From Candidatus Delongbacteria bacterium (GTDB lineage: Bacteria; UBA4055): a DNA stretch of 55,870 bases. Positions 20,062-30,232 of this stretch are shown in pieces (position 1 is the first letter of the stretch; every line of letters starts with the position of its first letter). Location of the stretch: contig JAFGVM010000005.1 in the NCBI GenBank assembly GCA_016937995.1, positions 1-55,870 on the forward strand. The letters are read 5' to 3'. A program made the position numbers and the translations under genes. The notes under the pieces are model-generated. The model was not told where the DNA came from. It did no database searches and worked only from the letters and a program-made list of their open reading frames with translations.

Positions 20062-20081
20062 AAATTAAGAACGGATAATAA

Positions 20082-21896
20082 TTGATCTCAAAAGAGCAAA
20101 TAGAAAGTGTGGTTAACACAGCGGATATTGTTGATGTGATCGGTGAAAGGATCGATCTGAGAAGATCGGGTGCCAATCATAAAGCAAACTGTCCTTTTCA
20201 TGACGAAAAGACAGCTTCCTTCATGGTATCTCATGCAAAACAGATCTTCAAATGTTTTGGATGTGGAGTAGCTGGAGATGTGATCAAATTTATTATGCTT
20301 TATGAAAATATTTCATATCCGGATGCTATAAGGATGCTGGCAGGACGTTATGGTATAGAGATAAAAGAGTCATTCAATTATCAGGATCACAATAAATCTG
20401 ATGATGATAAAAAAGAAACAATGCGGAGAGCAATGGAACTTGCAGCAGAATTTTATCATCAGAATCTGATTGCAGAGATAAAAAATGAAAATTCCAGTTT
20501 TACTGAATATATTAGATCTAGAGATATTTCTGAAGAAGATATAAAACTGTTCAAGTTAGGATATGCTCCGGACAAATGGAATGCTTTAAAAGAGAATGAT
20601 CCTTTTAAAAATATAGATGATAAGTTACTTATCGAGATCGGTCTCAGGAAACAAAATGAAAAAGGGAACGTGTATGATCTATTCAGGAACAGACTGATGT
20701 TCCCTGTTTTTGATGTCCTGGGTAATGTAATTGCTTTCAGTGCAAGAACGCTTGATGATGAGGTACAACCCAAATATGTTAATTCTCCTGAGTCTATAAT
20801 TTATAAAAAAAGCAAAGTTTTCTTTGGATTTTATCAATCAAAAGATACTATCAGGAAAAAACGTTCAATGATATTGGTCGAAGGTAATATGGATATGGTT
20901 TCGATGTTCAAGAACGGTTTTACTAATACGGTCGCTTTGTGTGGAACAGCCTTTACAGAAGATCATGCACAGATCATGAAAAGGAATGCTGATAAGATCA
21001 ACATTCTTTTCGATGGAGATCCTGCAGGTATAAAAGCCGCAGCGAAAACTTCAGAAATTCTACTTGCAGCAGGTGTTGATAATACTATCACAATGTTGCC
21101 ACCGGAAGAGGATCCTGATACTTATGCGAAGAAATATGGCAACTCAGAATTACAGAATCTGATAGACGGTGCAATGAATTTAATAGATTTTAAGCTTAAA
21201 GTCCTGGGGAGTGTGAAAAAAGTTGATGCAAAGATAATTGCATCTAAATCAATTATTGAATCTCTGAAAATGATAAATGATGAACTTATACTGGAGCAAT
21301 ATATCAAAGAAGCTTCTGAAAAATTGAATATTGAAGGATATCTTATCAGAAATGCATTGAAAAAAGGTAATAAACCAAGGTCTGTATCTACTGTAAAGCC
21401 GGAAAGATCTGATAAATATATTTATAACAGGAGCGACATTCTCGAATTCAATATTATTTATTTAATGCTTAGTAATACAAAAGTTTGCACTGAATTTCTG
21501 AAAAGGATAGATGAATCTTATTTCCTGAATCATGAAACGGCTAAGTTATATTTACGATTTTTTGAACTGTATGAAGAAGGTGAAGCGATAAATATAAATA
21601 ATATTTTGGTTGACTTTGACGATAAATTCAAGGATTTTTTTATAGACTATACTGCAAGTCAGGAAAGTGTATTTCTGGCTGATGTAAATGAGGACGATGA
21701 CAAAAGCTTTGAAGAAAAGATATATCACGCTTATAGAGATAGTTACATTAAAATAAAAAAGCGACAGATAAAAAAGGATATCAAACAAAGAAAAGATGAG
21801 TTGAAGTTCACTTCAGAACTTTCAGAACAGGATCGTTTAATGAATGAGATAAATGATCTAAAAAAACAAGAGATGGAAATAGAAAATAATTTATAA
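20082..21896 (+). CDS. dnaG: DNA primase
   Basis: CPFH...FKCFGC zinc finger, FRNRLMFP, PKYVNSPE, VEG.MD and FDGD TOPRIM motifs; TTG start. Confidence 0.96.
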   Translation: MISKEQIESVVNTADIVDVIGERIDLRRSGANHKANCPFHDEKTASFMVSHAKQIFKCFGCGVAGDVIKFIMLYENISYPDAIRMLAGRYGIEIKESFNYQDHNKSDDDKKETMRRAMELAAEFYHQNLIAEIKNENSSFTEYIRSRDISEEDIKLFKLGYAPDKWNALKENDPFKNIDDKLLIEIGLRKQNEKGNVYDLFRNRLMFPVFDVLGNVIAFSARTLDDEVQPKYVNSPESIIYKKSKVFFGFYQSKDTIRKKRSMILVEGNMDMVSMFKNGFTNTVALCGTAFTEDHAQIMKRNADKINILFDGDPAGIKAAAKTSEILLAAGVDNTITMLPPEEDPDTYAKKYGNSELQNLIDGAMNLIDFKLKVLGSVKKVDAKIIASKSIIESLKMINDELILEQYIKEASEKLNIEGYLIRNALKKGNKPRSVSTVKPERSDKYIYNRSDILEFNIIYLMLSNTKVCTEFLKRIDESYFLNHETAKLYLRFFELYEEGEAININNILVDFDDKFKDFFIDYTASQESVFLADVNEDDDKSFEEKIYHAYRDSYIKIKKRQIKKDIKQRKDELKFTSELSEQDRLMNEINDLKKQEMEIENNL

Positions 21897-21914
21897 TAAA
21901 ATCAAGAAGTAGTT

Positions 21915-22610
21915 ATGAATGAGAAAATAGAGTATCTAAAAAACAGTAAGATGTTCAAAGGTTTACGTGATAAAGATCTGGAAAATATTCTCGACATGTG
22001 CTCTTTTGAAGAACAGGTAAAGGGAAATTTTCTGTTTGAAGAAGGGGTTTCGTGTCACTGGGTATATTTTGTTTGTGAAGGTAGAGTGAAACTGCTTGCG
22101 CATTCCTCATCAGGAAGAGATTTTATATTAAAGATAGTATCAACAAATGATCTTCTGTCTGACAATAATGTCCTTTTCGATAGAGTACCGGAATGTATAT
22201 ACAGTGCACAATCTCTGGAAGATTCAATTTTGATGAAGATAAGAGCCAATGATTTTTCTGCTTTACTGGAAAAATATCCTGAAATAAATAAAAACTATAA
22301 TGTAATAATTGACAAGCATTTAAGAGAAGCTTATGCAAGTCTTAAAAACATGGCATTTGAAAAAGTAGAGAGAAGGATAGCAAGACATTTGATAAAATTT
22401 GCCAACAACACAGGAGAACAGTTGGAGTCAGGTTTGAAACTTGGTGTTAAACTCTCAAGACAGGAAATAGCTAATCTGACCGGCACAACTATTGAAACTG
22501 CGATAAGAGTCATGAGTAAATTCAAGAAAGACAAAATTATAGCTGAAAAAGCCGGATATATATATATCAAAAATAAACACGGATTGGTTAGACTTGCGGA
22601 TGATTTCTAA
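21915..22610 (+). CDS. Crp/Fnr family transcriptional regulator
   Basis: cNMP-binding fold plus HTH LSRQEIANLTGTTIETAIRVMSKF. Confidence 0.9.
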   Translation: MNEKIEYLKNSKMFKGLRDKDLENILDMCSFEEQVKGNFLFEEGVSCHWVYFVCEGRVKLLAHSSSGRDFILKIVSTNDLLSDNNVLFDRVPECIYSAQSLEDSILMKIRANDFSALLEKYPEINKNYNVIIDKHLREAYASLKNMAFEKVERRIARHLIKFANNTGEQLESGLKLGVKLSRQEIANLTGTTIETAIRVMSKFKKDKIIAEKAGYIYIKNKHGLVRLADDF

Positions 22611-22625
22611 AGAAAAGGATCTTTT

Positions 22626-23867
22626 ATGAGCGCAAATCAAAAAAAAATATTAAAGAAGCTAAAAAGATATTACAAGAGCAATAATAAATATTTTGCTTTT
22701 CTTGCAGACTACCTATTTAAAAACGGTTATGATCAGCAGGCTCAGGATATATTGGAACAAAATTGTGATAAGTATCCCGATTATACTTCCGGATGGTTGA
22801 TATTAGGAGAAATATTTTACTCCAGAAAAGAATATTTAAAAGCTGAAGAGATGTTTAAGAAAGTATTAGAGGTCAATAAAAAATCTGTTAAAGCTTTAAA
22901 ATATCTTGCAAATATTGAAAGTTTGAGAAAAAATAAAAAAGCTCAATTTGATTATTTAACTGATGCTTTAAGGTATGATGCTTTTGATCAGGATGCAAAA
23001 AACTTCATTCTTATGTATTCAGGTCTATATTCTGACGAAAAAGTAGTTGGCAGCAGTTATTTTTCAGAAAGGATGTCACAATTACTGGATAAGGATATAG
23101 TAAATCAGGCTATTGAAGGTTCAAACAGCTATAAGTCTACTTATGATCTTGAAGAAATTTCCAGAATAGCATTGGAAGAAAAAGAAAAACTGGATAAAGA
23201 AGCAGGTATTATCAATGATCCCGAGGATGATGAACTAACTGACATTAAGTTGAAAGACAGTTCTTTTGATGGTTTAGAGAATGAAGATCCGGTAGACACA
23301 GCAATAATGAATGAGCAGATAGAGCTCGAAATCAAAAATGAATTTAAACATAATGTAGAAATAGTCAGGGATAAATCAGATGAGTTCGAACTTTCTCTGG
23401 ATAGCGATGATCATGTTACTGAGGAAGTACTTGAAGAATTCGAGAGAGAACTGGAAGAGATGAAAACTATATCAAACATTGAAATACCGGTCCCTGATGA
23501 TATCTCTGAGATATTTGAATCTAATGAAATATCAGAAAGTGAGAGTGAATCACAGAATTTTGAACCTTTAGTTACCAGAATTCCTTTGAAGGACGTATAT
23601 TCACCCTCAAACAAGAATCTCAAAACACTTGAGAAATATTCGAAACTATTAGATAAAGCTCCTGATAATTTAAATTTTAGATCAGAATTTCTTCTGGCAA
23701 GGTCTGCGTTTATCAAGCAGAGATTAATGATAGAGGTTGAGTATTATAGGGACATGCAGGAAAGATATCCTGCAAACCCGAAGTATGGCTCAAAGCTAAG
23801 ATCGTTCTTAAAATTACAGGATACTGTGGATGATTATAATTTAAAAAACTGGGATCAGAAAAAATGA
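22626..23867 (+). CDS. tetratricopeptide-repeat protein with acidic central region
   Basis: N-terminal TPR pattern (YPDY.SGWLILGEIFY...AEEMFKKVLEVN); D/E-rich middle. Confidence 0.65.
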   Translation: MSANQKKILKKLKRYYKSNNKYFAFLADYLFKNGYDQQAQDILEQNCDKYPDYTSGWLILGEIFYSRKEYLKAEEMFKKVLEVNKKSVKALKYLANIESLRKNKKAQFDYLTDALRYDAFDQDAKNFILMYSGLYSDEKVVGSSYFSERMSQLLDKDIVNQAIEGSNSYKSTYDLEEISRIALEEKEKLDKEAGIINDPEDDELTDIKLKDSSFDGLENEDPVDTAIMNEQIELEIKNEFKHNVEIVRDKSDEFELSLDSDDHVTEEVLEEFERELEEMKTISNIEIPVPDDISEIFESNEISESESESQNFEPLVTRIPLKDVYSPSNKNLKTLEKYSKLLDKAPDNLNFRSEFLLARSAFIKQRLMIEVEYYRDMQERYPANPKYGSKLRSFLKLQDTVDDYNLKNWDQKK

Positions 23868-24364
23868 ATTTAAACAGGTTGGTTTTACTTCACCTTTGTA
23901 CAGGTCTGTTATTTACTTTATTCTCACAAAAAGTATTGCGTTCTGAGTATTCAAACGATTTTATTCCTGTAAAATATTCAAAACAAAAAATTGATGGTGA
24001 TAAAATTATTACATTGCAGGATAAATCAGATTTGCCTGAGCTGTTCAAATCTAAAAGTACTGAAAAGCAGGAAGTAAGGGAAGACAGTGTTCTACAGGAA
24101 ATTAATGGTTACAGAGTACAGGTTTTTAAATCTGAAGATATGATGGATTCTAAAAATATGGAAAGCATGTACATTGAAATGTTCGGAGAGGATGAAGTGA
24201 AATTGATCTTTGAACAGCCATTTTACAAAATAAGGATAGGAAATCTTAGAAACAGAGAAGAGGCTGAAGATTTTCAGGAAGTTATAAGGCAGAGGGGGAT
24301 CCGGAACACTATTCTTGTTCCTGATAAGGTCAATGTTCTTATGCCTTCCGGTAAAGTTAATTAA
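23864..24364 (+). CDS. SPOR domain protein
   Basis: GYRVQVF...FEQPFYKIRIG..RNREEAE; N-terminal signal-like segment. Confidence 0.8.
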   Translation: MNLNRLVLLHLCTGLLFTLFSQKVLRSEYSNDFIPVKYSKQKIDGDKIITLQDKSDLPELFKSKSTEKQEVREDSVLQEINGYRVQVFKSEDMMDSKNMESMYIEMFGEDEVKLIFEQPFYKIRIGNLRNREEAEDFQEVIRQRGIRNTILVPDKVNVLMPSGKVN

Positions 24365-24385
24365 TACGGAATATAAGCAGTAGAT

Positions 24386-25009
24386 ATGATAATTTCTTTC
24401 GAAGGTTTGGACGGTTGTGGAAAATCAACTCAGATAATTAAATTAAAAGAATATTTGGAACGATCCGGAAAAAAGGTCAAGATTTTAAGAGAACCCGGTG
24501 GAAACAGTATCAGTGAAAAAATTAGGGATATTCTTCTTGATAAGAAAAATCTTAACATGACTAATGAGACTGAATTATTGTTGTACATAGCAAGCAGAGC
24601 TCAATTGGTTAGAGAAGAGATAATCCCATTACTTGATGATGGTATTATAGTCCTTCTGGATAGATTCATTGATTCCACTACAGCTTATCAGGGTTACGGA
24701 AGAGAAATGGATACTGATCTGATAAACAGACTAAACCTTTTTGCTACACACAATGGAGTATATTTTCCTGACCTGACATTTTTTATTGATCTTGACCCCA
24801 GGATATCTTTGAACAGGATAAATACAAGAGGGGAAGAGCTTAACAGAATGGAAGCTGTAAAGTTTGAGTTCTTTGAGAAAATTTATAAAGGATTTAATGA
24901 AATAAGAGATAAAAATCCTGATAGAATCGTAAGGATAGATGGCTCTTCAAGTCCTGATAATGTGTTTGACAAAGTGAAATTAGAAGTTACGGAAAGATTG
25001 AACCTATGA
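24386..25009 (+). CDS. tmk: thymidylate kinase
   Basis: FEGLDGCGKSTQ, REPGG, DRFIDST.AYQGYGR. Confidence 0.96.
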   Translation: MIISFEGLDGCGKSTQIIKLKEYLERSGKKVKILREPGGNSISEKIRDILLDKKNLNMTNETELLLYIASRAQLVREEIIPLLDDGIIVLLDRFIDSTTAYQGYGREMDTDLINRLNLFATHNGVYFPDLTFFIDLDPRISLNRINTRGEELNRMEAVKFEFFEKIYKGFNEIRDKNPDRIVRIDGSSSPDNVFDKVKLEVTERLNL

Positions 25010-26631
25010 AAAAAACGATTTTAACCATACTTTTTTATTTTACCCTGCTGTTTTCAACTGAGAAGACAGATTATTATGCGGAAATGTCAGAAAATATAAA
25101 GCTTTTTTTTGATGTGATGAGAACATTGAACGAACAGTACGTAGATACACTTGATGTTGAAAAATTAATGTCTGACGGGATTAGTTCAATGCTGAAAACA
25201 CTTGATCCTTACACTGTTCTTCTGGATGAGGATGAAGCTTCACATTATGATGAATTGAATTCCGGTAATTATAGCGGTATCGGTATTCATGTAGGAACCA
25301 GCGGACCTGATAAAAGATTAACAGTTGTATCTCCTATGGACGATACACCTGCATCGAGAGTCGGTCTGAAAGCAGGTGACAGAATAATGTTCATAGGCGA
25401 TAAATCAACAGATGGAATGACATCAAAAGAAGCTTCGAAATATCTTCGTGGAGATGAAGGTACAAAAGTTCTTATTAAAATAGAAAGACTCGGTCGGAAT
25501 GATCTGTTGAAATTTGAGATCACCCGTGAGAAGATAGATATTAAAAATATACCTTATACAGGAATGCTGGATAATAATGTGGGTTATATAAAGGTCAGCC
25601 AGTTCATGTCCACAACGTATCATGATTTCTCCATGGCAATGGAAAAGTTGATAGCAGACGGAGCTCAGTCTTTAATTATTGATCTTAGATATAATCCAGG
25701 AGGTTTATTGGGTGCAGCTGTTAAGCTTGCTAATACTGTTCTTGATAAAAATAAGCTTATTGTTTCAACTAAAGGTAGAAATGGCACTAAAGACAGTGAA
25801 TATTTTACTTATCTTACACCGATAGATACCGAGATCCCTCTGGCAGTGCTGATAAATGGTTCCAGTGCTTCTGCGTCAGAAATATTAAGCGGTTCTCTTC
25901 AGGATTATGACAGAGCAGTTATAATAGGTGAACCTTCATTCGGAAAAGGACTGGTTCAGCAGATATTCAATGTTGGAAGATTATCCTCAAAATCACTGAA
26001 GATAACTGTGAGAAAATACTTTACTTCAAGCGGAAGGTTGATACAAAAAGAGGATTACTTTGATGATCAGGAGCTGGATAATGATGAAATATTATTTAAT
26101 TCTCTTATCAATGAAAGAAAAGTGGTTTCGGGTCAGGGTATAATTCCGGATGTTCTCGTTGAAAATCCAAAAGAACCTTTATATATACTGAATCTAAAAA
26201 TGATGAACAAGTTCAATGATTTTTTATATTATTACTTCAAAAAATATCCTGAATATAAATATGAGGATAAGATAACTGATGATCTGTTGAATTCATTTAA
26301 AAAATATATTGATGAATGCGGTTTCGAATATGATCTCAAAGGTGAAAGGGAGATAGATTCATTATTTGTATATTCTGAAAAAAATGATTATTCCTCAGAC
26401 ATTAAACAAAAATTGAAAGACCTAAAAAATGATTTTCAAGCTCAAAAAAGTTCAGACTTTGACGAAAATATCGATCATATAAAAAAATATCTTGCAATAG
26501 AATTCGGAGTGTTTACTCACGGTAATCAGGAAAAATATAAAATATTGTTAGAAAATGATGAGCAGATCAAAAGAGCAGTAAATATTCTTTCGAGAAGAAA
26601 AGAATATTACGAGATCTTGGGTTATAAATAA
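25006..26631 (+). CDS. S41A carboxy-terminal processing protease (CtpA/Prc family)
   Basis: LDPYT, PDZ domain, DLRYNPGGLL, SASASEI, GKGLVQ. Confidence 0.92.
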   Translation: MKKTILTILFYFTLLFSTEKTDYYAEMSENIKLFFDVMRTLNEQYVDTLDVEKLMSDGISSMLKTLDPYTVLLDEDEASHYDELNSGNYSGIGIHVGTSGPDKRLTVVSPMDDTPASRVGLKAGDRIMFIGDKSTDGMTSKEASKYLRGDEGTKVLIKIERLGRNDLLKFEITREKIDIKNIPYTGMLDNNVGYIKVSQFMSTTYHDFSMAMEKLIADGAQSLIIDLRYNPGGLLGAAVKLANTVLDKNKLIVSTKGRNGTKDSEYFTYLTPIDTEIPLAVLINGSSASASEILSGSLQDYDRAVIIGEPSFGKGLVQQIFNVGRLSSKSLKITVRKYFTSSGRLIQKEDYFDDQELDNDEILFNSLINERKVVSGQGIIPDVLVENPKEPLYILNLKMMNKFNDFLYYYFKKYPEYKYEDKITDDLLNSFKKYIDECGFEYDLKGEREIDSLFVYSEKNDYSSDIKQKLKDLKNDFQAQKSSDFDENIDHIKKYLAIEFGVFTHGNQEKYKILLENDEQIKRAVNILSRRKEYYEILGYK

Positions 26632-26642
26632 AAGGAAAAAAG

Positions 26643-27209
26643 ATGTTACATGAACAGGTTCAAATACTTCTTTTAAATATTGTACGTAAATACATTATTG
26701 CGGCAGTTAATGGTAAAGACATCAGAGAAGAATTAAAAGCTGAAAGATTACCCGAGGTATTACAGGAAAAATGTGCTACATTCGTTACTTTGACCAAAGG
26801 TGGTCTTCTGAGGGGTTGTATCGGGTCGTTAGTAGCTCATCAATCGTTGCTGGATGATATTCTTGATAATTCATTTAATGCTGCGTTCAGGGACTCAAGA
26901 TTTGCCAAAATAGTTAAAGGTGAAATGAAAGATGTTAAAATAGAGATATCTCTATTATCTGAACGAAAGCAGATAGAATATTATACGTTCAATGATCTGA
27001 AGAAAAAGATCAAACCCAAGGTGCATGGAGTATATCTGACCTATGCAGGGCATTCCGCTACTTTTTTACCTCAGGTATGGGATGAGCTTGTTTCACATGA
27101 AACTTTTTTTGTCCACCTGGCAAAAAAAGCAGGATTATCTCCAGATTTTATATTTCATAAACATCCCAAAATAGAAGTTTACACTGTGGAAAAATTTAAA
27201 GAAGTGTGA
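26643..27209 (+). CDS. amrA: AmmeMemoRadiSam system protein A (AMMECR1 domain)
   Basis: ATFVTL...LRGCIG, AAF.D.RF, ATFLPQVW. Confidence 0.9.
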   Translation: MLHEQVQILLLNIVRKYIIAAVNGKDIREELKAERLPEVLQEKCATFVTLTKGGLLRGCIGSLVAHQSLLDDILDNSFNAAFRDSRFAKIVKGEMKDVKIEISLLSERKQIEYYTFNDLKKKIKPKVHGVYLTYAGHSATFLPQVWDELVSHETFFVHLAKKAGLSPDFIFHKHPKIEVYTVEKFKEV

Positions 27210-27285
27210 ACATTATCTACCGGAGAAATCAAGAACATATATTTCATTATTAAAAATAAAATGGTAACATTCTCATAAAATCGTT

Positions 27286-28569
27286 ATGAAAAAAATCAAA
27301 ATAATAACTTTAGGCTGTGACAAGAATCTTGTTGACAGCGAGATTTTAGCAGGTCAACTTGCAAATAATTACGATGTTTCTCCTGAATTCAATGAGGGAG
27401 AAGCAATAATCGTAAATACCTGTGGTTTTATCGGAGATGCAAAGGAAGAATCAATTAACACTATTTTCAGAGCTGTTGAGCAGAGAGATCTTGGTAAATT
27501 CAACAAAGTATTTATTACAGGTTGTCTGGCTGAAAGATATTATAGGGATTTGAAAAGAGATCTGAAGGAAGTAGACGGAGTTTTTCATTTAAAAGATTTT
27601 CAGGGAATAATAAAAGAACTTATACCTGACTATAAACCCTCAAAGGATCTTTTCAATCAGAGACTTGCGCTTGAAATGGGCCATCTGGCCTATGTTCGTA
27701 TAAGTGATGGCTGTAACCATAACTGCAGCTATTGCGCAATACCTTCTATAAGAGGCAGATATACTTCCAGAGAAATGGAATCGATCTTATCTGAGGTTAA
27801 AATGCTGAAGAAAGCAAATGTCAAAGAGATCATTCTGATCGGACAGGAAGTTTCTTCTTACGGAACTGATCTGTACAAAGAGAACAGATTGATAAAGTTA
27901 CTCTCAGATATCTCAAAGATAGCCGGAAAAGATATGTGGATAAGATTACTCTACACACATCCACCTTTAGTAACAGAAGAATTCATAAAGTTCATTGCAA
28001 AGACTGATAATATTTGTAATTACCTTGATTTCCCGATAGAACATTCCGAAACTGAAATATTAAAAGCGATGTATAGAAAAGATACGAGAGAAGGTTTGCT
28101 GAAAAAGATAGCTTTCATGAGAAAAACCATCCCGAACATAGTATTAAGAACTTCTATTATCACCGGATTCCCTGGAGAAACCAGAAAAGTCTTCAATTCA
28201 ATGCTTAAATTCATTAAAGAGGTAAAATTGGAAAGGCTTGGCGTTTTTGCATATTCACCTGAGGAGGATACCGACGCGTTTGATCTCCCAAACAGAGTTA
28301 CCCGTAAAACAGCTTTGAAAAGAGTCTCAGAGATCATGGATATACAGCAGAAAATATCTTACGAATATAATCAAAAACTTATTGGTAATGTAGAAAAAGT
28401 TCTCATTGACAGGATAGAAGGAAAACAATCTGTTGGAAGAACATTCAGAGATACTCCTGATGTTGACTGTGAAGTACTGATTGAAGGCAGGCTTAAAGTC
28501 GGAGAGTTTTATAATATCAAGATAGTAGATGCGACAGAATTTGACTTATATGGGGAGAGTGTTAATTAA
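27286..28569 (+). CDS. rimO: ribosomal protein S12 methylthiotransferase
   Basis: LGCDKNLVDSE, NTCGFI, GCNHNCSYCAIP radical SAM motif, TRAM domain. Confidence 0.95.
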   Translation: MKKIKIITLGCDKNLVDSEILAGQLANNYDVSPEFNEGEAIIVNTCGFIGDAKEESINTIFRAVEQRDLGKFNKVFITGCLAERYYRDLKRDLKEVDGVFHLKDFQGIIKELIPDYKPSKDLFNQRLALEMGHLAYVRISDGCNHNCSYCAIPSIRGRYTSREMESILSEVKMLKKANVKEIILIGQEVSSYGTDLYKENRLIKLLSDISKIAGKDMWIRLLYTHPPLVTEEFIKFIAKTDNICNYLDFPIEHSETEILKAMYRKDTREGLLKKIAFMRKTIPNIVLRTSIITGFPGETRKVFNSMLKFIKEVKLERLGVFAYSPEEDTDAFDLPNRVTRKTALKRVSEIMDIQQKISYEYNQKLIGNVEKVLIDRIEGKQSVGRTFRDTPDVDCEVLIEGRLKVGEFYNIKIVDATEFDLYGESVN

Positions 28570-28586
28570 TAATTGTTAATAAAACC

Positions 28587-28655
28587 GTAGGGGTGTAATT
28601 TAACACCCTAAACCAACGGTGAAAATAAAAAGGGCGTTATGAATAACGCCCCTAC
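28587..28655. repeat. inverted GTAG-REP doublet between convergent genes
   Basis: GTAGGGGTGTAATTTAACACCC (+, 28587-28608) and GTAGGGGCGTTATTCATAACGCCCT (-, 28631-28655). Confidence 0.75.
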
Positions 28656-28672
28656 AATTACCAACAAATATT

Positions 28673-29014
28673 TTACGGTTTGTTCTTTATCTTCAGTACC
28701 TTATCACCTTTAGCAGTGATAAGAACTCTGTCTCCAACGTAATAAAGATCTCGGCTGAGATATTCAAAGACTTCTCCAGTCTCTGCTCTAAGATTCAGTT
28801 TGAATCCTTCCCAGGTAATTATATCACCGGCAATATTACCTTCTACGACTTTAGGTCCTTCCTTATATTCACCTACAAGAACACCTTTCTGTCCGACCAC
28901 TTCACCAACATAAGTTCTGGTGGGTACTTCTTTCTTTACAGGTGCACTGGCACATCCCCAGAAGATAGTGAATAGGAATGTTAAGAGAACAGCCAATTTT
29001 AAAGATTTCTTCAT
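28673..29014 (-). CDS. small hypothetical lipoprotein
   Basis: signal peptide with lipobox FWGC; SD GAGGAG. Confidence 0.7.
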   Translation of the reverse strand: MKKSLKLAVLLTFLFTIFWGCASAPVKKEVPTRTYVGEVVGQKGVLVGEYKEGPKVVEGNIAGDIITWEGFKLNLRAETGEVFEYLSRDLYYVGDRVLITAKGDKVLKIKNKP

Positions 29015-29161
29015 GATGTATCTCCTCTACTTATTTTACTTAATTTGATCGTCAACATAAATTATGTTCTATCAACAATTAAAACAACATAAAAATGATT
29101 AATTTTGCTATTATATTTCTTTCTTAATATATTGCAACAGATAATAAAAACAGGAAATAAA

Positions 29162-30139
29162 ATGTTCGTTGATTTTGTAAATATTAGCATTCGTTCAGGC
29201 AATGGCGGTAAAGGAAAGGTAGCTTTCAGGAAAGAAAAATTTGTTGCTAAAGGTAATCCGAACGGTGGTGACGGTGGAAAAGGTGGAGATATTATTTTTA
29301 TCGGTGATGTAAACTTGAATACTTTGCTTGATTTTACATTACACAGACAATTTTTTGCAGAAAATGGGCAAAACGGTGGTCTTAATAATATGACAGGTAA
29401 GGATGGAAAAAGCATTACAATTAAAGTACCGCTAGGAACGGTGGTGAAAGATAAAACTACCGGCGAGATATTATTGGATATTTCTGAGGATGGAATACCT
29501 CTTAAACTTTTACATGGAGGTAAAGGCGGAAAGGGTAATTTCCATTTTAAAACTTCAACTAATCAGGCACCAACATATGCTCAGCCGGGTTTGCCGGGTC
29601 AGGAAATTGATGTTAATTTAGAATTAAAAGTTCTAGCAGATGTAGGTCTGGTCGGTTATCCAAATGCAGGAAAGTCAACTTTACTGTCTGTTCTATCCAA
29701 TGCTAGACCTAAAATCGCTGATTATCCGTTCACTACTCTTGTTCCGAATTTAGGTATAGTTAAATACGGTAATTATAAAAGTTTTGTTATGGCTGATATA
29801 CCAGGACTTATTGAAGGAGCGAGTCATGGAAAAGGCTTGGGTCATCAATTTTTAAGGCATGTGGAGAGGACAAGAGTATTAGTTTATCTGATCAGCACTG
29901 AATCAGAAGATTTTGAAAAAGATTTTGATATACTTCAGAATGAATTATTCGTATATGATGAAAAAATGAAAGACAAGCCAGTGATAAAAGTATTGACAAA
30001 GACTGATCTGCTTACTGAGGAAGTGGATCGTAGTTTCTTTGATATCTGTATATCCTCATTCAGCTATGAAGGATTAGAAGATCTGAAATTGATGATCGCG
30101 GAGAAAATAAAAGTACTTGATACCCCGTTGGATTTTTAA
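29162..30139 (+). CDS. obgE: GTPase ObgE/CgtA
   Basis: MFVD start, Gly-rich Obg fold, GYPNAGKST, YPFTTL.P, DIPGLIEGA. Confidence 0.96.
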   Translation: MFVDFVNISIRSGNGGKGKVAFRKEKFVAKGNPNGGDGGKGGDIIFIGDVNLNTLLDFTLHRQFFAENGQNGGLNNMTGKDGKSITIKVPLGTVVKDKTTGEILLDISEDGIPLKLLHGGKGGKGNFHFKTSTNQAPTYAQPGLPGQEIDVNLELKVLADVGLVGYPNAGKSTLLSVLSNARPKIADYPFTTLVPNLGIVKYGNYKSFVMADIPGLIEGASHGKGLGHQFLRHVERTRVLVYLISTESEDFEKDFDILQNELFVYDEKMKDKPVIKVLTKTDLLTEEVDRSFFDICISSFSYEGLEDLKLMIAEKIKVLDTPLDF

Positions 30140-30170
30140 AATAAAGAAAAAAATATAGAAGTTTTTTATT

Positions 30171-30200
30171 AAAAGGTCATTATTTGACCTTTTGTTTTTT
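30171..30200 (+). terminator. intrinsic terminator after obgE
   Basis: AAAAGGTCA/TGACCTTTT stem plus T-run. Confidence 0.75.
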
Positions 30201-30232
30201 GTATTTTACCTGAATAAATTAAAATATAAAAA

